The notes under the pieces were generated by a model. That model did no database searches, was not told the DNA's origin, and saw only the letters and a program-made list of their open reading frames with translations. DNA of 63,955 bases, the filler included, from an uncultured bacterium (GTDB lineage Bacteria > CAYJRR01): the NCBI GenBank assembly GCA_964372275.1. It is 4 parts of 4 records of this genome, joined end to end, with 100 filler letters (N's around TTAATTAATTAA, not from the genome) between each part and the next. Parts side by side here need not be neighbours in the genome. Positions count along the whole stretch, not along the records: positions 32,543 to 48,536 come from CAYJRR010000103.1; positions 48,637 to 63,955 come from CAYJRR010000108.1; 2 more parts are not named here. The stretch is one strand, 5' to 3'. Of the stretch, positions 48,130 through 60,600 are shown piece by piece. A program made the translations under genes and the position numbers. How positions within the stretch are numbered: the first letter of the stretch is position 1; the number at the start of each line of letters is the position of its first letter.

Positions 48130-48536
48130 ATGGCACTGACTATCAATACGAACATCGCCAGCGTCGAAGCCCAACGAAACCTGTCGTTCAACAACCGGCG
48201 CCTCGAGGGATCGATCGCCCGACTCTCCAGCGGTCTCCGGATCGCGACGGCCAGCGACGATGCCGTCGGCCTTTCCTTGTCGGAAAAGATGCGGGCCCAG
48301 ATCCGATCGCTGAAACAGGCGGAACGAAACGCCGGTGACGCCATCTCGCTCGCGGGCGCGGCGGACGGCGCGCTGGCCGAGGTCGGCGCGATGCTGGTCC
48401 GCATGCGGGAGCTGGCGATCCAGTCACTCAACGGATCCAACGGGACCGAGGAACGAAAGACGATGGAGACCGAGTACCGGCTCCTGATCGACGAGATCGA
48501 CCGCCTCGCCCAGGCCACGAAGTTCAACGGCGTCGA
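48130..48536 (+). CDS. fliC: Flagellin, 3'-truncated (subfamily A)
   Basis: MALTINTNIAS..ATKFNGV running into the contig end. Confidence 0.95.
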
Positions 48537-48636
48537 NNNNNNNNNNNNNNNNNNNNNNNNNNNNNNNNNNNNNNNNNNNNTTAATTAATTAANNNNNNNN
48601 NNNNNNNNNNNNNNNNNNNNNNNNNNNNNNNNNNNN
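48537..48636. other. Artificial contig linker
   Basis: N44-TTAATTAATTAA-N44. Confidence 0.98.
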
Positions 48637-48640
48637 GTCG

Positions 48641-51600
48641 ATGCCCCTCCAGCATTTTGGTGGTGGGGGGGACGAGTCTCTTTTGGGGCTCGGGGTCTTT
48701 CGTGCGGTCGGGGGGAGAGGCGTGCTCGTCGGGCTTCGCCATCGCGCTTTTGTCGGTCTGTCGCTCGCGACGGCGATCGCCGTCGGCTGCGGCGACGACG
48801 TGGAGCTCGTCGGCGAAGGGCCGGTTTCGATGATCAAGCAGGCGGTCGACTCCGCCGTCTGCAACGACGACACGGCGACGCGAAACGAGGACTCGAACAA
48901 CGCAAACACCACCGTTGTCACGGCGCTCGACCTCTGCAGCCCGAGCCCTTGCAAGGTGAAGGCGGGAAGCTGCACGGTAAGTCCGTCCGATACCCTCGTG
49001 ATCGTCGCGTCGGACGGATGCAATCAAGACGGCAGCCGACCGAGCCAACTGCGATTCAAGCCGACGGCGCACGCCCAGGGAACCTTCGAGATCAACTACC
49101 AGCTCGAGAACAACACCGGCACCGCCAACTGCACCACCAAGCTGACCGTCACCGTCAATGCCAACAACGACGACGTGATGGCATTCGCCACACCGACGCC
49201 GGCCAACTTCACGATTCTCGAGGATACCGCCAGCACGACACTCAACTACCAGGTTTTCAATGACTACGAAGACCTGACCGCCGTTTCGGTCACCGGATTC
49301 ACCGACAACCAGACGCTGCTCCCGAATGCGAACGTCGTCGCGAGCGGATCGGGACGCTTCTACGACGGCACGGAGTCGACGCCGCGATTCAAAGCGGCCC
49401 GCAGCCTGACGTTCGGTCTCGCCGCCCACCAGAACGGCTCGGTCGTCGTCACCGCGAGGGCCGAAGACGGCGGCCTCGACACGGCGGACAACGACACCGT
49501 CACCGTCACCGTCACCGCGGTGAACGACGAGCCGGGCTTCGTCAAAGGGGCCAACCTGACGATCCTGGAGGACGCCGGGGCCCAGACGGTGAGCGGCTGG
49601 GCGACCTCGATCACCAAAGGCCCGGCGGCCGCCACCGACGAATCGAGCCAGTCGATCACCTTCACCGAGACTTTCACGAGCGGCTTCTTCTCGGCCAGTC
49701 CCGTCGTCGCCGACGGCGCGTCCCCCACCGGAACCCTGACCTATACCGTCAGTCCGGACCTGAACGGCGTGGTCACGGTGACCGTCGTCGTCAGCGACAG
49801 CGGCGGCACCGCCAACGGCGGTGACGACACCGGAAACACCGAGACGTTCGTCCTCACCGTCACGCCGGTCAACGACCAGCCCGCCTTCACCAAAGGGGCG
49901 AACCAGACGGTCTTGGAGGACAGCGGCGCCAAGACCGTCGCCGGTTGGGCCACCGGATTCGACGCCGGGCCGTCCGACGAGGACTCGGGGGGGGCCAACC
50001 AGCAGTCGATCGCCGACTTCGTCCTCACCAACAACAACAACGCCCTCTTCTCGGTCCAGCCGGACGTCGCCAACGACGGCACGTTGACCTTCACCCCGGC
50101 GGCCAACGCCAACGGCACCGCCACCGTCACGGTGCAGGTCCGGGACTCGGGCGGAACGGCGAACGGCGGCGTCGACCTCTCGGTCGCGCAGACGTTCACC
50201 ATCGTGGTGACGGCGGTCAACGACGAGCCGACCTTCACCCACGGCGGCAACCAGACGGTGCTGGAGGACGCCGGGGCGCAGTCGGTGGTCAACTTCGCCA
50301 AGCCGAGCAACACCGACTTCCCGAACACTCCCGCGAACTGGGAGGGCCCGGCCGACGAAGCGTCGCAGACGGTCGCCGGCTGGATCATCGCCACCAGCAA
50401 CCCCTCGCTCTTCTCGGCCGGGCCGTCGATCGCGCTGGCCACCGGCAACCTGACCTACACCCCGGCGGCCAACGCCAACGGCACGGCGACCGTCACCGTC
50501 CAGGTTCAGGACAGCGGCACCAACGGCGGCGCCAACGGCGACGACGCCGTGAGCCAGCCGCAGACATTCACCATCGTCGTCACCGCGGTCAACGACATCC
50601 CCACCTTCACCAAGGGGGCGAACCCGACGGTGCTGGAGGACAGCGGCACGACGACGGTGGCCGGTTGGGCCACCGCCTTCGACGCCGGCCCGGCCGACGA
50701 GGACGCCGCCCAGGCCGTCTCCGACTACCTCCTGTCGAACAACAACAACGGCCTGTTCTCCACCCAGCCGGACGTGGCGAACGACGGCACGCTCACCTTC
50801 ACGGTCGCCGCCGACGCCAACGGCTCGGCGACGGTCAGCGTCCAGGTGAAGGACAACGGCGGTACGGCGAACGGCGGCGTCGACACCAGCACCGTCCAGA
50901 CCTTCACCATCGTCGTCACCTCGGTCAACGACCGGCCCACCTTCACCCATGGCGGCAACCAGACCGTACTGGAGGACGCCGGGGCGCAGACCGTCGTCAA
51001 CTTCGCCAAACCGAGCAACACCGACTTCCCGACCACCCCCGCCAACTGGGAGGGACCGGCGGACGAGGCGTCGCAGACGGTCGCCGGTTGGACGATCGCC
51101 ACCAGCAACCCCTCGCTCTTCTCGGCCGGTCCGTCGATCGCGCTGGCCACCGGCAATCTGACCTACACCCCGGCGGGCCACGCCAACGGCACGGCGACGG
51201 TGACCGTCCAGGTGCAGGACAGCGGCGGCACCGCCAACGGCGGGCTCGACCTGAGCCTGGCGCAGACCTTCACCATCACCGTCACCGCGGTCAACGACGC
51301 CCCGGCCTTCACGCTCGGCGCCAATCCGACCGTCAACGAGGACAGCGGGACGACCACCCTCGCCGGGTGGGCGACCGGCTTCGACGCCGGGCCGGCCGAC
51401 GAAGACGCCGCGCAGGTGATCGCCGACTTCGTCCTCTCCAACAACAACAACGCCCTCTTCTCGACCCAGCCGGACATCGCCAACGACGGGACGCTCACCT
51501 TCACCCTCACGGCGAACGCCAACGGTTCGGCGGTGGTCACGGTGCAGGTGCAGGACAACGGCGGGACGGCGAACGGCGGCGTCGATCTCTCCGTCGCGCA

Positions 51601-54600
51601 GACCTTCACGATCGTCGTCAACGCGGTCAACGACGAGCCGACCTTCGTCAAAGGGGCGAACCAGACGGTCAACGAGGATTCGGGGACCACCACCGTCGCC
51701 GGATGGGCGACGACGCCGGCCGGGTGGCAGGGTCCCTCGAACGAATCGTCGCAGACGGTCAGCGACTACCTGGTGAGCGCCAGCGTCCCGACCCTCTTCG
51801 CGTCGCTCGATGTCGCCAACGACGGCACCCTCACCTTCCAACCGGCGGGGAACGAGTTCGGCACGGCCACCGTCACCGTCTCGATCGTCGACAACGGCGG
51901 GACGGCCAACGGCGGCGACGACACCAGCCAGCCCCAGACGTTCGTCATCGTGGTCAACTCGGTGAACGACGTTCCCAGCTTCACCAAGGGGGCGAACCAG
52001 ACGGTGAACGAGGACAGCGGCGCGGCGACCGTCGCCGGTTGGGCGACCGCGATCTCCGCCGGTCCCGCCAACGAGGCGTCGCAGACGGTCGACTTCAACC
52101 TGATCTCCAACAGCAACAACGCCCTGTTCTCGGCGCAGCCGGCGGTGTCGGCGGCGGGGACGTTGACCTTCACCCCGGCGGCGAACGCCAACGGGATCGC
52201 CACCGTCACGCTCCAGATCCACGACGACGGCGGCACGGCGTTCGGAGGCGTCGACACCAGCGCGACGCAGACCTTCACCATCACGATCGGCGCGGTCAAC
52301 GACGTCCCCAGCTTCGTGAAGGGGGCCGATCAGACGGTGCTCGAGGACAGCGGCACGACGACAGTCGCCGGGTGGGCGACGTCGATCTCCCCCGGGCCCG
52401 CCGACGAGGCCGGGCAGGCGGTCGACTTCCTGCTCATCTCCAACGACAACAACGCCCTCTTCTCGACGCAGCCGGCGATCTCGGCGACCGGCACGCTGAC
52501 CTTCACCCCGGCGGGGAACCTGAACGGCTCGGCGGTCGTCTCGGTGCAGATCCACGACAATGGCGGCACCAGCCCCGGCGTCGACACAAGCAGCGTGCAG
52601 ACCTTCACCATCGTCGTCACCGCGGTGAACGACGAGCCGACCTTCACCAAGGGGGCGAACCAGACGGTCCTGGAGGACANNNNNNNNNNNNNNNNNNNNN
52701 NNNNNNNNNNNNNNNNNNNNNNNNNNNNNNNNNNNNNNNNNNNNNNNNNNNNNNNNNNNNNNNNNNNNNNNNNNNNNNNGTCGACCTCTCGGTGGCGCAG
52801 ACCTTCACCATCGTCGTCACCGCCGTGAACGACGAGCCGACCTTCACCAAGGGGGCGAACCAGACGGTCCTGGAGGACAGCGGGGCGGCGACCGTCGCCG
52901 GCTGGGCGCAGCCGAGCAACAGCGGCGCGCCGGCGCTCCCCGCGAACTGGGAGGGGCACGCCAACGAGTCGGCGCAGACGGTGCTGGCCTACGTCGTCAC
53001 CAACGACAACAACGCGCTGTTCTCGACGCAGCCGTCGATCGACATCGCCACCGGCGACCTCACCTACGTGCCGGCGTCGAACGCCAACGGGACGGCGACC
53101 GTCACCGTCCAGGTGCGGGACGACGGGGGCACCGCCAACGGCGGCGACGATCTCAGCCAACCGCAGACCTTCACCGTCGTCGTCACGGCGGTGAACGACG
53201 CCCCGGCCTTCGTCAAGGGGGCGAACCAGTCGGTCTTGGAGGACGCGGGCGGCACGACGGTCGCCGGCTGGGCGACCGGCTTCGATGCCGGGCCGGCCGA
53301 CGAGGACGCTGCGCAGGCGCTCCTGGACTTCGTCGTCAGCAACGACAACAACGGGCTGTTCCTGGCGCAGCCGGACGTCGCCAACGACGGGACGCTGACC
53401 TTCACCCCGGACGTCCATGCCAACGGCACCGCGGTCGTCACCGTCCGGGTGCAGGACAACGGCGGCACGGCGAACGGCGGCGTCGACCTCTCGGTGGCGC
53501 AGACCTTCACCATCGTCGTCACCGCCGTGAACGACGTCCCCAGCTTCACCAAAGGGGCCGACCAGACGGTGTTGGAGGACAGCGGGACGACGACCGTCGC
53601 CGGCTGGGCGACGGCGATCTCCAAGGGGCCGGCGAACGAGTCGGGGCAGGTCGTCGACTTCCTGATCGCCACCTCCAATGACGGGCTTTTCGCGACGCTG
53701 CCTGCGGTCGCCGCCGACGGGACGCTCACCTTCACCCCCGCGGCGAACGCCAACGGATCGGCGGTCGTCACCGTGCGGATCCACGACGACGGCGGAACCT
53801 CGAACGGCGGAGTCGACACCAGCGCCGCCCAGACGATCAGCGTGGTGGTGACGGCGGTCAACGACCAACCCGCGTTCACGGCGGGGGGAAACGTCACCGT
53901 CCTGGAGGACAGCGGAACGACGACGGTTGCCGGGTGGGCGACCGGCTTCGACGCCGGACCGCCGGACGAGGATTCCGCGCAGGCGGTTCTGGACTACGTC
54001 GTCGGGAACGACAACAACTCGCTTTTCTCCACCCAGCCGGACGTTGCCAACGACGGGACCCTGACGTTCACCCTCGCCGGAAACCAGTTCGGCGCGGCGA
54101 TCGTCACCGTCCGCGTCCAGGACAACGGCGGCACCGCCGACGGCGGCGTCGACCTGGGGGCCGCCCAGGTCTTCAACATCGTCGTCACCGGGGTGAACGA
54201 CGTCCCGAGCTTCACCGCCGGGGCGAACCAGACGGTGCTGGAGGACAGCGGCGCCGCCACCGTCGCCGGGTGGGCGACGGCAATCTCCAAGGGACCGGCG
54301 AACGAGTCGTCGCAGACCGTCTCCTTCCTCGTCTCCAACGACAACAACGCCCTGTTCTCGACGCAGCCGGCGGTCGCCGCGGACGGGACGCTTACCTTCG
54401 CGACCGCGGCCGACGCCTTCGGAACGGCGGTCGTCACGGTGCGGATCCAGGACGACGGAGGGACGGCGAACGGCGGCGTCGACACGAGCGGCGCACAGAC
54501 GTTCACCCTCGAGCTCAAGCCGGTGAACGACGTCCCCGGCTTCGTCGCCGGGGCGAACCAGACGGTGCTGGAAGACAGCGGCACGTCGACCGTCGCCGGA

Positions 54601-57600
54601 TGGGCGACCTCGATCTCGACCGGACCGGCGAACGAGTCGTCGCAGACGGTCACCTTCCTGGTGACGAACGACAACAACGCGCTGTTCTCGGTCCAACCGG
54701 CGGTATCGCCGAGCGGCACGTTGACCTTCACCACGGCACCGAGCTCCGTCGGCACGGCGACCGTCACCGTGCGGATCCAAGACAACGGCGGAACGGCCGA
54801 CGGCGGCGTCGACACCAGCGCCGCGCAGACCTTCCGCATCGTGCTGCAGACGGTGAACGACGCCCCCAGCTTCGTGAAGGGGGCCGACCAGACGGTGCTC
54901 GAAGACAGCTCCCCGACCACCGTCGCCGGCTGGGCGACCTCGATCTCGCCCGGGCCGGCCGACGAGTCGGGGCAGGTCGTCGACTTCATCCTCACCAACG
55001 ACAACAACGCGCTCTTCTCGGTCCAACCCGCGATCTCGTCGACCGGAACCCTCACCTTCACCCTGGCGGCGAACCAGAACGGAACGGCCACCGTCTCGGT
55101 GCAGATCCACGACGACGGCGGCACCTTGTTCGGCGGTGTCGACACGAGCAGCGTGCAGACCTTCGTCGTCAACGTCACCGCGGTCAACGACGTCCCCAGC
55201 TTCACCAAGGGGGCGAACCGGACGGTCCTGGAGGACAGCGGCGCCTCGACGACCGTCGGGTGGGCGACGGCGCTCTCGACCGGTCCCGCCGACGAGTCGG
55301 GCCAGGTCCTGGACTTCCTCGTCTCCAACAGCGACAACGCGCTCTTCTCCGCGCAGCCGGCGGTGGCGGCGAATGGGACGCTGACCTTCACCCCGGCCGC
55401 CGACGCCAACGGCTCGGCGATCGTCTCGGTGCAGGTCCACGATAACGGGGGGACGGCGAACGGCGGCGTCGACACCAGCGCGGTGCAGACCTTCACCATC
55501 GTGGTGACGGCGGTCAACGACGTCCCGAGCTTCGTGAAGGGGGCCGATCAGACGGTCTTGGAGGATTCGGGGGCCGCGACCGTCCCCGGCTGGGCGTCGT
55601 CGATCTCGACCGGCCCCGCCAACGAGTCGAGCCAGACCGTGTCGTTCCTCGTCTCCAACGACAACAACGCGCTCTTCTCGGCGCAACCGGCGGTGGCGGC
55701 GAACGGGACGCTCACCTTCACGCCGGCGGCCGACGCCAACGGCTCGGCGACCGTTTCGGTGCAGATCCAGGACAACGGCGGGACGTCGAACGGCGGCGTC
55801 AACACCAGCGCGGTGCAGACGTTCACCGTCACGGTGAAGCCGGTCAACGACGTCCCCAGCTTCGTCAAGGGGGCCGACGTCACCGTCGGCGAGGACAGCG
55901 GATCGACCACCGTCGCCGGCTGGGCGACCTCGATCTCCAAAGGACCGTCGAACGAATCGAGCCAGGTCGTCGACTTCAACCTGATCTCCAACAGCAACAA
56001 CGCGCTCTTCTCGACCCAGCCGGCGATCTCGGCCAGCGGGACGCTCACCTTCACCGTCGCGGCGAGCGCCGTCGGCGTCGCCACGGTGACGGTCCAGATC
56101 CACGACGACGGCGGTGTCGTCGACGGCGGCGTCGACACCAGCGCCGCGCAAACCTTCGTCGTCACCGTCTCCGCGGTCAACGACGCGCCGTCGTTCGTGA
56201 AGGGGGCCGATCAGACGGTGCTGGAGGACTCCGGGGCGGCGACGGTCGTCGGATGGGCGACCTCGATCTCCCCCGGTCCGGCCGACGAGTCGGGACAGGT
56301 GGTCGACTTCCTGGTCGACAACAGCGACAACACCCTGTTCTCGGCCCAGCCGGCGATCTCCGCGACCGGGACGTTGACCTACACCCCGGCGGGCGACGCC
56401 AACGGGACGTCGACCGTCACCGTCCGGATCCACGACGACGGGGGGACGGCCTTTGGGGGCGTCGACACCAGCGCCCCACAGACCTTCGTCATCACCGTCA
56501 CGCCGGTCAACGACGTCCCGAGCTTCGTCAAGGGGGCCGACAAGACCGTCCTCGAGGACGCCGGGGCGCAGAGCTTCGTGGCCTGGGCGACCTCGATCTC
56601 CAAGGGACCGGCCAACGAGGCGTCGCAGGCGGTCGACTTCCTCCTCATCAGCAACGACAACAACGCGCTGTTCTCGGCGCAGCCGGCGGTGGCCGCGAAC
56701 GGCACCCTCTCGTTCACGCCGGCCGCGAACGCCAACGGGTCGGCGACCGTCTCTGTGCAGATCCACGACGACGGCGGGACGGCCAACGGCGGCGTCGACA
56801 CCAGCGCCGTGCAGACCTTCACGATCGTGGTGACGGCGGTCAACGACGCGCCGAGCTTCGTGAAGGGGGCCGATCAGACGATCCTGGAGGACGGCGGCGG
56901 CGCGACGGTGGCGGGGTGGGCGACCGGCTTCTCTCCGGGTCCGGCCGACGAGTCGGGTCAGACTCTCGTCAACTACACGGCGACGAACGACAACAACGCC
57001 CTGTTCACGACGCAGCCGGCGGTGGCGAACGACGGGACGCTCTCCTTTACCGTCGCGGCCGACGCCTTCGGCACCGCGGTGGTCACGGTGCGGGTCGTCG
57101 ACAACGGCGGCACCGCCAACGGCGGCGTCGACACCGGCAGCCCGCAGCTCCTCACCATCGTCGTCAAGTCGGTCAACGACGAGCCGACCTTCGTCGCCGG
57201 TCCGAACCAGACGGTGCTGGAGGACAGTGGCACGACGACGGCGGTCGGGTGGGCGAGCGGCTTCGATCCCGGCGCCTCCAACGAGTCCGGCCAGTCGATC
57301 AGCACGTATCTGACCGCCAGCGATTCGACCCTCTTTTCGACGCAGCCGGCGATCAACGTCGTCGGCGACCTGACCTTCACCGTGGCGGCGAACGCCAACG
57401 GGACGGCCACCGTGACGGTGCAGGTGGTCGACGACGGCGGGACCGCCGACGGCGGCGACGACACCAGCACCGCGCAAACCTTCACCATCCTGGTGAAGGC
57501 GGTCAACGACGCGCCGACCTTCGTCAAGGGGGCCGACCCGACGGTGAACGAGGACGCGGGGGCCACGACGATTGCCGGATGGGCGACCGGCTTCTCGCCG

Positions 57601-60600
57601 GGTCCGGCGAACGAGTCGGCGCAGACGCTGGTTACCTACACCGCGACCAACAACAACAACGCGCTCTTCAGCGTCCAGCCGGCGGTCGCCACCGACGGGA
57701 CGTTGACCTTCACCCCGACGGCCGACGCCTTCGGAACGGCGACGGTGACGGTCACCGTGCAGGACAGCGGCGGCACCGTCGACGGCGGCGTCGACGTGAG
57801 CGCCCCGCAGACCTTCGTCATCACCGTCAAGTCGGTCAACGACGAGCCGACCTTCGTCGCCGGTCCGAACCAGACGGTCCTGGAGGACAGCGGCACCACC
57901 AGCGTGATGGGCTGGGCCACCGGCTTCGACCCCGGCGCCGCCAACGAGTCGGGGCAGTCGATCAGCACCTACGTCACCGCGAGCGACTCGACCCTGTTCT
58001 CGTCGCAGCCGGCGGTCAACGTCGCCGGCGACCTGACCTTTACCCTGGCGCTCCACGCCTACGGCGCCGCGACCGTCACGGTGCAGGTGGTCGACGACGG
58101 CGGGACGGTCGACGGCGGCGACGACACCAGCCAGGAGCAGACCTTCACCATTACCGTGACGCCGGTGAACGACGCGCCGTCGTTCGTGAAGGGGGCCGAC
58201 CAGACGGTGAACGAGGACGTCGGGCCGACGACGGTCGTCGGCTGGGCGACCGCCTTCTCGACCGGCCCGGCGAACGAGTCGGCGCAGTCGCTCGTCGCTT
58301 ACACGGCGACCAACAACAACAACACGTTGTTCTCGGCGCAGCCGGCGGTGGGGAACGACGGAAAGTTGACGTTCACGCCGGCGGCCGACGCCTTCGGCGT
58401 GGCGACCGTGACGGTCACCGCGCAGGACGACGGCGGCACGGCGAACGGCGGCGTCGACGTAAGCGCGGCGCAGACCTTCGTCATCACCGTCCGGTCGGTC
58501 AACGACGAACCGAGCTTCGTCGCCGGGGCGAACCAGACGGTGTTGGAGGACAGTGGCACGACCAGCGTGATGGGGTGGGCCTCGGGCTTCGATCCCGGCG
58601 CGGCCAACGAGTCGGGGCAATCGATCAGCACCTATCTGACGGCGAGCGACTCGACCCTCTTCTCGGCTCAGCCGTCGGTCAACGTCTCGGGCGACCTGAC
58701 ATTCACCGTGGCGGCGAACGCCTATGGGACGGCGACCGTGACCGTGCAGGTGGTCGACGACGGCGGAACGGCCGACGGTGGCGACGACACGAGCCAGCAG
58801 CAGACCTTCACCATTCTGGTGAAGCCGGTGAACGACGTCCCGAGCTTCGTCTCCGGCGGTAACGTCACCGTGGGCGAAGACTCCGGGAGCAGCACCGTCG
58901 TCGGCTGGGCGACCTCGATCTCCAAGGGGCCGGCGAACGAGTCGAGCCAGACGCTCGACTTTCAGCTTACCAACAGCGACAACTCGCTCTTCGCCGCCCA
59001 GCCGGCGATCGATCCCACCGGGACGCTGACCTTCACCATCGCCGCGAACCTGACCGGCGCGGTGACTGTCACCGCGCGCCTGCACGACGACGGCGGCGTC
59101 GACGACGGTGGCGACGACCTCTCCGATGCGCAGACCTTCCTGATCACCATCGTCCCGGTGAACGACGCGCCGAGCTTCGTGAAGGGGGCCGACCAGTCGG
59201 TCCTGGAGGACAGCGGCACGACGACCGTCGTCGGGTGGGCGACGTCGATCTCCCCCGGTCCGGCGGACGAGGCGGGCCAGGCGGTCGATTTCCTGGTCGC
59301 GGCCGACATCACCGCCCTGTTCGCGGTGCAGCCGGCCGTCGCTCCGAACGGGACGCTGACCTTCACCCCGGCGGTGAACGCCAACGGCACGGCGACCGTC
59401 ACCGTCCGGGTGCACGACGACGGAGGGACCGACTTCGGCGGCGTCGACACCAGCGCGCCGCAGACCTTCGTCGTCACCGTCACACCGGTGAACGACGTTC
59501 CGAGCTTCGTCAAGGGGGCCGATCCGACAGTGCTGGAAGACAGCGGCTCGACGACGATCGCCGGTTGGGCCACGTCGATCTCACGCGGTCCGGCCGACGA
59601 GTCGGGGCAAGCGGTCGACTTCAACCTGATCTCGAACAGCAACAACGCCCTCTTCTCGACCCAGCCCGCGGTGGCCCCCGACGGGACGCTCACCTTCACC
59701 GTCGCCGCCGACGCCTTTGGCCTGGCGACGGTGACGATCCAGATCCACGACGACGGCGGCACCGCAAACGGCGGGATCGACACCAACGCGGCGCAGACCT
59801 TCGTCATCGACGTCACGCCGGTGAACGACGTCCCCAGCTTCGTGAAGGGGGCGGATCAGACGGTGCTGGAGGACAGCGGCGCCACCACGGTCGTCGGGTG
59901 GGCGACGTCGCTGTCGAAGGGGCCGGCGAACGAATCGGCGCAGACGCTCGACTTCCTCGTCTCGGCCGCCGACCCGACCTATTTCGCGGTACAGCCGGCG
60001 GTGGCCTCCGACGGGACCTTGACCTTCACCCTGGCGGCGAACGCCTTTGGAACCGCGCTCGTCTCGGTGCGGATCCACGACGATGGCGGTACCGCCAACG
60101 GCGGCGTCGATACCAGCGCCGCCCAGACGTTCAACGTCGTGGTGAGTCCGGTCAATGACGTCCCGTCGTTCGTGAAGGGGGCCGACCCGACCGTCCTCGA
60201 GGACAGCGGCACGACGACCATCGCCGCCTGGGCCACCTCGATCTCGCCCGGTCCGGCCAACGAGGCGTCGCAGGCGCTCAGCTTCCTGCTCACCAACGAC
60301 AACAATGCTCTCTTCGCCGTGCAACCGGCGGTCTCCGCCACCGGAACGCTGACCTTCACCCCGGCGGCGAACGCCTTCGGGACGGCGACGGTGACGGCGC
60401 GGATCCAGGACGACGGCGGGACGGCGAACGGCGGCGTCGACACCAGCGCGGCGCAGACCTTCGCCATCGTCGTCAAGCCGGTCAACGACGTCCCCAGCTT
60501 CGTCAAGGGCCCGAACGTGGCGACCCTCGAGGACGAGCCTTACTTCGCGGGTTGGGCGACCTCGATCTCCGCCGGCCCCGCCAACGAATCCGGGCAGGTG

